Shown: one piece after another, positions 54,997 to 63,598 of the stretch
Layout: the number at the start of each line of letters is the position of its first letter
Position numbering within the stretch: the stretch's first letter is position 1
Assembly (NCBI GenBank): GCA_045545665.1
Contig: JAZQBL010000049.1
Location: 4,631-68,630 of the forward strand
Direction of reading: 5' to 3'
DNA: 64,000 bases
DNA from: Eubacteriales bacterium
GTDB lineage: Bacteria > Bacillota > Clostridia > Oscillospirales > CAG-272
Notes under the pieces: generated by a model
Told to the model about the DNA's origin: nothing
Databases searched by the model: none
What the model saw: only the letters and a program-made list of their open reading frames with translations
Translations under genes and position numbers: made by a program

Positions 54997-56481
54997 TCAA
55001 CCGAAGAGACTCGTAACGATGCCGAGATTATTGTCTATGTTTCTGTCGGTATAATTAAATATGATGTAGTCGGGCTTACATTCGGCAAGAACGTTATAAT
55101 CTATCGGTGTATTATTGTTTGCACCGTGTATACGCAAATGACTGAAGCCCATACCTGCAAAGGGAAGGAAGAATGCACCGTATGAGTCACTCAGTGCATA
55201 CGCTGTGGGAAGGGAAGCGTTATTGATATACGAATCTTGCGGATAAAGTCCCCAGGCGATTTCCGAGATTCTGTAACCGATCTGATCGCGCTTTACAGGA
55301 TATATGTCACCTGTGTCTTTAAATTTTGCGTGCAGAAACGGTGCTTCCTCACGCATATTTGACACACGGAGCATACTTGCAAGGTCACCTGCAGGGCAGT
55401 CAACCATTTTGATTTCAAAATCCGAAAGCGGATGAGCCATCGCGCCCGGAAAATCAATGTTTATGTATTTCATCATTTCAGCGTACGCGTAGTATGCACC
55501 GAGCTCACTCCAGTGGGTATCCGTTCTGTAGAATATTCTTTCGTCCTTGTGCTGATCGAAGAGCGCAAGAAGGTCGGGAACGATTATATCCTCGTTTTTG
55601 CCTTTGACGTTCATATATTCAACAAACTGCGATGCGGCAGTTGAATGGCGTTTTCCGCCCGAAGCGTCAATAAGGTAGTCGTGTTGTTCGTCGTAATAAA
55701 CAGTTATGGGATTGGGAGCAAAAAGATATATGATCTTCGTGTCCTTTCCCGTCACCGATTGAACTTTTTCAACTATTTTATCAAGTCTTTTGGCTGTGTT
55801 TTCAAGTATACTGTCCGATACTTTCGAATTACCTATCAAAAATCCCTCCGTGCCTCGTAAGAAAAGACGTGAATTTCTTCCGGAGAACGTGTCTGTATTG
55901 GGGATCTTCGTAAACGTTACGTCTACTGTGACTCTGTCACTCGGCTTTTTACCGTCGGCGGTGGCGTAAAGTGATACGGTATCAGTGCCCGAACCGTTTA
56001 CTTCAACGTAAAAGTACGATCCGCAGGCATAGTCTGAAAATTCAAGAGTTTTCGTACCCTTGTACGTTATTTTGGCACCGTCCTCTGTCCATCCGTAAAT
56101 TATAACTCTGTCGCTTGCCTGTGATACGGTACCCGTTATTATAGGCGTTGACGTTTTTTCAGCATTCGGATCTTCCGCTATGGGTGTCGTTACGGAGCTT
56201 GTTGAAGCGCCCGTTGTTATATCGGAGGGCACGTCACCGTCTTCCGGAGGCATTATCGCTGTATCACTGTTCAATGAATCGGTTTTTGTACCGCCTTCTG
56301 TATTTGCGGTTTCACCGTCGTATGATGTATCTTTAAATGAAGACGTGTTTTCTGTTTTTGTGTCGGAAGAATAAGAGGTCTCCTTTGGCTGCTCGGAACA
56401 CGCTGTAAGTAAGATGAAAAGAATACAAAGCGAAAGACAGACCGTACGCTTGAATAAGGATCTGATACCTTTGTTTTTCAT
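54997..56481 (-). CDS. lipoprotein with an S/T-rich linker, an Ig-like module and an AlgX/AlgJ-type SGNH (DHHW-like) domain (paralogue 2)
   Basis: Lipobox LLTAC. YRTDTHWSELGAYYAYAEMMKYIN (nt about 55508-55531). Same architecture as 49140-50462. Confidence 0.75.
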   Translation of the reverse strand: MKNKGIRSLFKRTVCLSLCILFILLTACSEQPKETSYSSDTKTENTSSFKDTSYDGETANTEGGTKTDSLNSDTAIMPPEDGDVPSDITTGASTSSVTTPIAEDPNAEKTSTPIITGTVSQASDRVIIYGWTEDGAKITYKGTKTLEFSDYACGSYFYVEVNGSGTDTVSLYATADGKKPSDRVTVDVTFTKIPNTDTFSGRNSRLFLRGTEGFLIGNSKVSDSILENTAKRLDKIVEKVQSVTGKDTKIIYLFAPNPITVYYDEQHDYLIDASGGKRHSTAASQFVEYMNVKGKNEDIIVPDLLALFDQHKDERIFYRTDTHWSELGAYYAYAEMMKYINIDFPGAMAHPLSDFEIKMVDCPAGDLASMLRVSNMREEAPFLHAKFKDTGDIYPVKRDQIGYRISEIAWGLYPQDSYINNASLPTAYALSDSYGAFFLPFAGMGFSHLRIHGANNNTPIDYNVLAECKPDYIIFNYTDRNIDNNLGIVTSLFG

Positions 56482-56529
56482 AAGTTCCTCCGATGTTGGA
56501 TGATTTTTTACTGCAAAACGGAATAGTGA

Positions 56530-57492
56530 TCAAAACAGCTTCTTTGCTTTGGTGCGGGGCGCAACTTTGTTTCTGTACGTGATACATATGGTTATGATAC
56601 ACGCAACCATCAGTGCACACGATAAGGCAAGAAGGATGCAGTTTTTTGTGTACGAATCCGATCCCATTGAAAACTCGGCTGTAAATCCTCTTATAAGTGC
56701 GATCAAAAACACCGTAATGACGATCGGATAAATATGCTTGTATTTCGTTTTCTTTATGGCTTTTACAAGCATAAATACGAATATGAACACCAGAATGAGA
56801 GCCGATATTACCTGTGATATTCTTACAAATCCCCAGTACACGCTGTCAGTGCGGAGACTTTCGAGAAATGTGTGAAGTCCTGCGTATACCGTGAAGAATA
56901 TCACCGTATTCGCGCCTTTAAGCTCAAGACGTTTCTGATTGGATATCATAACGCACCAGAGAATGAAACAGCCGAGGGCTTCGAAAAAGAATACCGAAAG
57001 ACACCATCCGTCGTAGACTTCAACGTAAGAAGCAAAAGGAAATTTACAAAAAACAGGGTTTGTTACGAACGTACCGTAGCAGTCGTCTGTAAAAGCACTG
57101 CCCATTCGCCCGACACATATACCGAGCGGTGCGTAAAGGCAGACGGCATCAAACAGATGCAAAAGATGCTTTGTATTGTACGTAAACACACACCATAAGA
57201 TGATAGCCAGAGCCGCACCGAATATACCGCCGTAAAGACAGTATCCGCCCGAGGTGAGGTCCAATATCTCATCGAAAGACGAATAAAGTGAACGGTTAAA
57301 CGTAACGTACATCAGACGTGAAAAGAACAAGCCCGCAATTACGGCAAACGGGGAAATGTAAAACAGCATTTCCGACGGAATTTTATTGCCTTTTACGTTA
57401 TGCACGGCGGGTAAAAATACGACCGCGCAGATGCCGAGAGCTATAAACAGAGCATGAGGGGAGAAAATCCCTGCATCGAGTAAGGTTTGCAA
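56530..57492 (-). CDS. divergent prolipoprotein diacylglyceryl transferase (Lgt)-like polytopic membrane protein
   Basis: Blocks SGGYCLYGGIFGAALAIILW, APLGICVGRMGSAFTDDCYG and YAGLHTFLESLRTDS align to Lgt blocks [31 protein letters not shown] and YG.GRFF.E.LR.DS. TTG start 3 nt after the upstream stop. Confidence 0.65.
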   Translation of the reverse strand: MQTLLDAGIFSPHALFIALGICAVVFLPAVHNVKGNKIPSEMLFYISPFAVIAGLFFSRLMYVTFNRSLYSSFDEILDLTSGGYCLYGGIFGAALAIILWCVFTYNTKHLLHLFDAVCLYAPLGICVGRMGSAFTDDCYGTFVTNPVFCKFPFASYVEVYDGWCLSVFFFEALGCFILWCVMISNQKRLELKGANTVIFFTVYAGLHTFLESLRTDSVYWGFVRISQVISALILVFIFVFMLVKAIKKTKYKHIYPIVITVFLIALIRGFTAEFSMGSDSYTKNCILLALSCALMVACIITICITYRNKVAPRTKAKKLF

Positions 57493-57495
57493 AGC

Positions 57496-58548
57496 TTAAT
57501 TACCTTTCTTTTTTACTTTAAATACGAAATCACGCTGAATGATGTAATTTACAAAATACATTATTATATCGTATATTGCCTTTATTATTACGGGAAATGC
57601 ACGTATGACGTTTCCGCTTTCCGCATAATTGTCGGCGAAATACATTACACCGCTTCCAAGTGCCATAACAGCAATTGCAAGCGCAGCATACTTTATTACC
57701 GACGATTTCGAGCAGTTTCCGCCGAAAACTATCTTCCTGTTGATAAAATAGTTTACAATGGCGCTGATGATTCTTGCAAGGAAAAACGCAAGACCGTACG
57801 AAAAACCGAGAGTATAAGTGAAAAGACAGAAAAACAGGTAGTCAACAACGAAAGAGCATATGCTTCCCGAGGTGAACAGTAAAAGACGTGTGGCTATTTT
57901 CAGCGAGTCCTTTATCGGATTATAGTGGCTCGTTGCATTTTCGTTTATATATATCGTTTTTATCGTTATTTCACGGGGACATATTCCAAGCTCTCTTAAT
58001 TTTAAAAGCATATTCATTTCGTACTCGTATCTGTCGCCGGGGAGCTTTGAGAGAACTTCGAAATGCTCTCTTGAAAAAGCACGCAGGCCTGTCTGAGTAT
58101 CATATATTTTAAGTCCCGTCGAGAGCTTGAACAGCCATCTTGTGAGTGAATTTCCGAATTTTGAACGGAACGGTACGTTTTCATCAAAGCGTCTGCCGCC
58201 GATTATCATATCGTGAGGGTATTTGCAAAGCTCATCGCTGACACGCATAATATCTTCAACGGAGTGCTGCCCGTCGCAGTCTGCCGTGATTATTCCGTCA
58301 ACGTCGGGCATACGTGTCATTATATAACCTATTCCCGATTTTAAGGCGCTTCCTTTGCCTTTGTTTATATAGTGGTGCAGTACGATGTCTGTGTATTTGC
58401 GGCATTCTTCAAATACCGCATCGAAGTCCGTGCCGCTTCCGTCGTTTATTATTACGATGCTGTCGAACTTTTTTGACAGCTTGTCCAAAAACGGAAGAAA
58501 GAGATCCTTCTCCGGTTTATATGCCGGTATAAGTACGGCTGTTTTCAT
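57496..58548 (-). CDS. bifunctional family-2 glycosyltransferase / GtrA-like protein
   Basis: GT2 N-terminus (VLIPAYKPEKDL..IVIINDGSG..DCDGQH..). Four C-terminal TM helices with the GtrA pattern (..F..VNY.INRK.VF). Confidence 0.88.
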   Translation of the reverse strand: MKTAVLIPAYKPEKDLFLPFLDKLSKKFDSIVIINDGSGTDFDAVFEECRKYTDIVLHHYINKGKGSALKSGIGYIMTRMPDVDGIITADCDGQHSVEDIMRVSDELCKYPHDMIIGGRRFDENVPFRSKFGNSLTRWLFKLSTGLKIYDTQTGLRAFSREHFEVLSKLPGDRYEYEMNMLLKLRELGICPREITIKTIYINENATSHYNPIKDSLKIATRLLLFTSGSICSFVVDYLFFCLFTYTLGFSYGLAFFLARIISAIVNYFINRKIVFGGNCSKSSVIKYAALAIAVMALGSGVMYFADNYAESGNVIRAFPVIIKAIYDIIMYFVNYIIQRDFVFKVKKKGN

Positions 58549-58571
58549 ATTTACGTTCCTTTTTTTGTGAT

Positions 58572-59696
58572 TTATTTTAAATAAATTATATCGCTGACTT
58601 TTCGCTCTCCGCTTCCGCAGGGAGTATTAATTACCTTACCTTTATAGTATAGCGTAGTTGAACCGCCGCCGTCAAGGTTATATGCGATCTTACAGCCAAG
58701 ATTTACAAATTCTTGCGCTAAAGAGGAAAAAGACATTCCGCCGATGGTCGTATTGTTTGTTCTTACTGCGTCGACAACGAGTATTATATAGTGAAGCTTG
58801 TCGACCTGACCTATTGCAACTCTCGGCTCACGTGCGCTTTTGCTGAGTCCGGGAGTGTTAAACGAACTTACAACCTCGTAATCCTTAACGAGAGTCGGAC
58901 CGAAGCACCAGGATTGCAATACGCCGTTTCCCACAAGAGTGTTCGCATTTACGTTTTTGCATACGGTCGTGTTGAGATTACCGTCTGCATCAAGATAACA
59001 AATGTCCCAATCGCTTGAAGCACCTCTGTAAAGCTTGCCTTCGCGGATTATTATTCCGTGATTGCGGAAACCGCAGAAGTCGCCGTTTATTGCAAATACG
59101 GCACCGACGGATTCAGCAATAGCCGAGGTGTAGTGACGTCCCGTTATCTGACCTGAAGCGAACGCTGTATGAAGTGTTTTTGGGGAAGCCAGAACGATAT
59201 CGCAAATAAAATAATTAAGATCGCCCCGCTCTACCTTCGAAAGGGTAAGACAGTATTCGTTTGTGATGTGCTGATCTATAAAATGCTCGTCTTCGTAAAA
59301 TTCACGGAACATTACGGACGGCTTGTATTCGTCGGGAGCGTAGATCGAACCGCCTTGCGTGGATGTGCTTGGAGGCGATGTTGTTGAGGAGCTTGACGAG
59401 GTGGGAGCTTTTTCTGTTTCGATATCGGACGATGTGTTTTCCGATGAAGGCGTTTCAACGTCGGTTGACGGTGAATTTGTGCCGTTTGCGGTCGTGCCGA
59501 AAAGTATTTCGTACATATCGGGCGACCAGGTAACAGCATTTTCCTCTGTGCCCAAGGACGGATCATCAACCGTCGCTTTCGTTATAACTTTCGACGAGGA
59601 TGAGCAAAAAGCCGCAACGATCAAGATCGAAAGAAGGGAAGCGGAAAGCGAAACGATAAGTTTTGCTCCGTCGTGTGAATGTTTTTTTTGTTTCAT
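58572..59696 (-). CDS. membrane-anchored phosphodiester glycosidase family protein (NAGPA-like)
   Basis: N-terminal TM, an S/T/P-rich linker, then ..AINGDFCGFRNHGIIIREGKLYR..RVAIGQ..AYNLDGGGSTTL. Confidence 0.8.
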   Translation of the reverse strand: MKQKKHSHDGAKLIVSLSASLLSILIVAAFCSSSSKVITKATVDDPSLGTEENAVTWSPDMYEILFGTTANGTNSPSTDVETPSSENTSSDIETEKAPTSSSSSTTSPPSTSTQGGSIYAPDEYKPSVMFREFYEDEHFIDQHITNEYCLTLSKVERGDLNYFICDIVLASPKTLHTAFASGQITGRHYTSAIAESVGAVFAINGDFCGFRNHGIIIREGKLYRGASSDWDICYLDADGNLNTTVCKNVNANTLVGNGVLQSWCFGPTLVKDYEVVSSFNTPGLSKSAREPRVAIGQVDKLHYIILVVDAVRTNNTTIGGMSFSSLAQEFVNLGCKIAYNLDGGGSTTLYYKGKVINTPCGSGERKVSDIIYLK

Positions 59697-60811
59697 ATCT
59701 TTTCCTGAATGTTTGTTGGTATATTTTCAATATAGATGCTTCTTGAAGGATATGCAAAATCAATGTTTATATCGGAAGCAAGTTTAAGTATATCAAGGTT
59801 TACCCCGTCGCGGACTCTGCACATTTCATCGTATTTGGGCGAAAGAACGTAGAATCTTACGCCTATGTTGAGCGATGAATCTGCAAATTCGTTAAAGGTA
59901 ACGAGAAACGTATCATTTTCTACGTTTTCGGTGTTTTTCAGTATATTTTCAATACCGAGCTTGAATTTCTGTATCGAAGGAAGCGGTGTACTGTAAAGTA
60001 TACCTAACGTAAGATCGACTCTTCTTTTGCTTATAGTTGTCCAGTTTACGATGTGATCGCTTGATATTTTTGAGTTGGGCAGAACGACGAGTGCTTGGTC
60101 GTTACGTCTTATCTTTGTTGAGCGGAGCCCCATTTTTTCGACTGTACCCGAAACGGAACTGACTTCTATGAAATCACCGATCTCAAACGGACGGTCGAAT
60201 ATTACAGTGAGCGCACCGAAAAAGTTTTCCGCCGTATCCTGTGCGGCAAGAGCTATTGCAACACCGCCTATGCTGAGACCCGCAAGAAGACTCGTTATAT
60301 TTGATATCCACTGCTGTAAAATCGTTATTGCGCCGAATATAACGACAACAGTCTTTAAAATGATGCCGATGTAGTTCGATGCAAGCGTGTGAGGACGGTC
60401 ACCTTCCTTGTTATGCAGTTTTTGCAGTATAAATTTCAGATATCCGCAAAAGCCGTAAAGAACGGAGAAAAGTGCCGTAATAATAAGGCTTGTGAAAGTT
60501 TTCTGACACACAGCCCTGATGTTGTCGGGCGGGGAGATTATGTTATACGATATCGCAAAGGCAACGCTTATAAGTATTATTCTTATCGGCGGCAGTACGA
60601 TGCTGTTTATTGCCTTTATGCGTTCTTCCGTCTGATCGCTTTTTGAACACACTTTTCTGATTATTTGTTTTGCTATGGCGGTTATAACGAATTTAAGTGC
60701 TAAAAATATAAGGATTACTATTATTGATATTGCTATTCTTGTAAGATATTTTTCGCAAAATGTGTCGAAGTTTTGCGAAAAATTATTAAAAAAATCATTG
60801 AAATATCTCAT
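59693..60811 (-). CDS. mechanosensitive ion channel (MscS family)
   Basis: GGVAIALAAQDTAENFFGALTVIFDRPFEIGDFIEV..GTVEKMGLRSTKIR. 4-nt overlap with the downstream gene. Confidence 0.9.
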   Translation of the reverse strand: MRYFNDFFNNFSQNFDTFCEKYLTRIAISIIVILIFLALKFVITAIAKQIIRKVCSKSDQTEERIKAINSIVLPPIRIILISVAFAISYNIISPPDNIRAVCQKTFTSLIITALFSVLYGFCGYLKFILQKLHNKEGDRPHTLASNYIGIILKTVVVIFGAITILQQWISNITSLLAGLSIGGVAIALAAQDTAENFFGALTVIFDRPFEIGDFIEVSSVSGTVEKMGLRSTKIRRNDQALVVLPNSKISSDHIVNWTTISKRRVDLTLGILYSTPLPSIQKFKLGIENILKNTENVENDTFLVTFNEFADSSLNIGVRFYVLSPKYDEMCRVRDGVNLDILKLASDINIDFAYPSRSIYIENIPTNIQEKI

Positions 60812-60825
60812 TTTCGAACCTTTTA

Positions 60826-62904
60826 TTAAAACTTTGCTTCTTGCTTTGATCTGTGAGATGCGGCGGCTTCAAATGCGGAATACAGCAGTTTTGCATCGCT
60901 GAGTGAGTCGGACAGGCTTAATTTTATCTGTCCGTGCTGACGTATAGCACCTGAATGGGATTTTATAAAATCACCGGGGCCTCGCATCTTCAAGTCTTGC
61001 TCGGCTATCTTGAAGCCGTTGCTTGTGTCTTTCATAATTTCAAGACGTTTTGCAGCCGTTTCCGATTTTGAACCCGATACGAGCATGCAGTACGATTTTC
61101 GGCTGCTGCGTCCCACGCGCCCTCTTAACTGATGAAGCTGTGAAAGACCGAAATATTCCGCATCCTCAACCACCATCATAGTTGCATTGGGTACGTTTAT
61201 TCCTACCTCGATAACCGTCGTTGAAACGAGAATGTCTATTTTTCCGTCTTCAAAGCCTTTCATTATCCTGCTTTTCTCAGCGGACTTCATCTTGCCGTGA
61301 ATGCAGGCGACGGTGTATTGCGGAAAGATTTCATTTTGCAGATATTCCGCGTGCTGAACCGCTGTCTTTCTGCTTTTAACCGATGATATATAATTCTTGA
61401 CGGATGCATCGTCTGACAAAACGTCTATCGGTATTTCCTCGGCCGAAGCTTCTTCGACAGCGGGACATACAACGTATATCTGATGACCTATTGCAATTTC
61501 TTTTCTGATGAATTCGTTTATTCTTGCTCTGTAGTCTTCGTTTACAACGTACGTGCTTATCTGCTTTCTGCCGGGGGGCATCGTGTCGATAACGGAAACG
61601 TCGAGATCGCCGAACATGACCTGTGCAAGCGTTCTCGGTATGGGCGTTGCACTCATTACGAGCATATGCACACCCTCTCCTCTTGAAAGGAGCGTTTCAC
61701 GTTGTACGACTCCGAAACGGTGCTGTTCGTCACATACGACAAGACCGAGCCCTGAGTACACTACTTTATCTGTAAGCAGGGCGTGCGTTCCGACGATTAT
61801 CTGCGCCTTGCCTGAACGTATTGCCTCTCTTGCACGTTCTTTTTCGGATTTTACCATATCCGCTATAAGTATCGTGACGTTTATGCCCAGAGGGGTGAAA
61901 AAGTCGTAAAGATCACTGAAATGCTGACGGGCAAGTATTTCCGTCGGAACGAGCAAGGCTGTCTGATATCCGCTTTTAGCCGATATGTATGCCGCACAGC
62001 AGGCGCATATCGTTTTACCGGAGCCGACGTCACCGCATACAAGTCTTCGCATTGGTATGCGTTTCGTGCTTGTCATATCCTTGTATATTTCGTTCATTGT
62101 GCGCTTTTGTGCGTCGGTAAGCTCAAACGTAAGGGCGTTTTTGAAGTCCGATATATCGCATTCAGACATATCGGGGGCAGTTTCGAGGAGTGTTTCGTCT
62201 TTTCTCTGATAAACGCTTTGCGCGAACATGTACAGCTCTTCGAACATTATCCTTCGCTTTGCTTGATTCAGTAAAGCAAAGCTCGTCGGTCTGTGCATAT
62301 AGTAAAGCGCATCCTGCCTTGATAAAAGCTTTTCCGATTCTATTACGTCGGCGGGAAGATTTTCTTCAACAGTCACCTCACCGAGCGTACCCATACCGTC
62401 CGTAACGGTCTTTGTCAGATGAAATATCTGCGCTGTTGACATTCCTTCCGTTGCGGGATATATCGGATAAAGAGGAAGAAGCTCGCCTCCTTCTTTCAGA
62501 TGTTCCATTGCAGGATTTACAAGCTCATACTGCCGACCGAATTTTACTATCTTTCCGTATACTCTGTAAATCGTTCCGGTTTTATACGTTGTTCTCAAAT
62601 AGCTTTGATTAAAAAACGTTACGGTGCATTTTGCCGTGTCGTCAAATGCCGTGAATTTTATAAGGGTCGTATTGTTTTTCACACGTGAGACCGTAGGCGG
62701 TGCGGCGATCTTCAATATAAATGAAGCCGTCTCTCCGTCCTGTGCCGATATAAGCGTTTTTACGTTTCCTCTGTATTGGTATGCCCTGGGGAAATGGTAA
62801 AGCAGATCCTGTATTGTGAAGATGCCGAGCTTTGCCAATATCTTTGCACGTGATTCACCTATGCCCGCAACGCTTTTTATGCTTGTTTTGAGATCTAATG
62901 CCAT
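60826..62904 (-). CDS. recG: ATP-dependent DNA helicase RecG
   Basis: Wedge domain, Walker A GDVGSGKT, DEQHRFG, and QLHQLRGRVGR (TRG region). Confidence 0.95.
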   Translation of the reverse strand: MALDLKTSIKSVAGIGESRAKILAKLGIFTIQDLLYHFPRAYQYRGNVKTLISAQDGETASFILKIAAPPTVSRVKNNTTLIKFTAFDDTAKCTVTFFNQSYLRTTYKTGTIYRVYGKIVKFGRQYELVNPAMEHLKEGGELLPLYPIYPATEGMSTAQIFHLTKTVTDGMGTLGEVTVEENLPADVIESEKLLSRQDALYYMHRPTSFALLNQAKRRIMFEELYMFAQSVYQRKDETLLETAPDMSECDISDFKNALTFELTDAQKRTMNEIYKDMTSTKRIPMRRLVCGDVGSGKTICACCAAYISAKSGYQTALLVPTEILARQHFSDLYDFFTPLGINVTILIADMVKSEKERAREAIRSGKAQIIVGTHALLTDKVVYSGLGLVVCDEQHRFGVVQRETLLSRGEGVHMLVMSATPIPRTLAQVMFGDLDVSVIDTMPPGRKQISTYVVNEDYRARINEFIRKEIAIGHQIYVVCPAVEEASAEEIPIDVLSDDASVKNYISSVKSRKTAVQHAEYLQNEIFPQYTVACIHGKMKSAEKSRIMKGFEDGKIDILVSTTVIEVGINVPNATMMVVEDAEYFGLSQLHQLRGRVGRSSRKSYCMLVSGSKSETAAKRLEIMKDTSNGFKIAEQDLKMRGPGDFIKSHSGAIRQHGQIKLSLSDSLSDAKLLYSAFEAAASHRSKQEAKF

Positions 62905-62967
62905 TGTTATTTTTGCCTTTTCCTTTCCTCTTTTGCATCTTCGTGCAAAAGCTGTCCGTACGGACTG

Positions 62968-63516
62968 TCACTTGAGTAATTTGTCGATACCCAACTGTTT
63001 TCTGAGCTTGAGCCGGTATACTATTATAACGAGCTTAAGCATAATATCTATCATAATAAACGCGATGTTTCCCAAAATAAACATAACAGCGTAATATATG
63101 TTTGTCTGAAGCGCGCCCGTGTAATTAAGTCCGAGAAGGTGTGTGCATACAACGAGCAGGAGAGCGTACGATGCGTTGAAGCAAAGAATTTTAAGTATCC
63201 AGGATACATAGGGTTTAAACCTTTCAAAATAAAGCTTTGCTGACGGATACCATCCGAAAAACAGCGCATATACGACAGATGTGAACTTTTGCGGAAGTAT
63301 AATAATTGATATGACCGATACGACCGCATACATTATGAGCGGATATTTTCCGCCTATCTCAAGGATCGCAAACAGCATTATAAAAAGGGTTATACCCGCA
63401 AGGGTAAGATCGAGAACGCTGAATACCGAAGAAAGATAAAGCGTAACGACGGAAAGAGCGGACAAGATACCGCACAGCGCAAGCGACCTTGTTTTGTTCA
63501 TTTTATTCTTTGCCAT
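62968..63516 (-). CDS. hypothetical polytopic membrane protein
   Basis: Five or six hydrophobic helices. No family recognised. Confidence 0.6.
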   Translation of the reverse strand: MAKNKMNKTRSLALCGILSALSVVTLYLSSVFSVLDLTLAGITLFIMLFAILEIGGKYPLIMYAVVSVISIIILPQKFTSVVYALFFGWYPSAKLYFERFKPYVSWILKILCFNASYALLLVVCTHLLGLNYTGALQTNIYYAVMFILGNIAFIMIDIMLKLVIIVYRLKLRKQLGIDKLLK

Positions 63517-63598
63517 AATGATTCTCCATTTTTTGCTGCGGCGCCTGATTTGAATTCCATAGTGTGAACTGTTACAGCTTAATAAAGTTTACTCAGGA

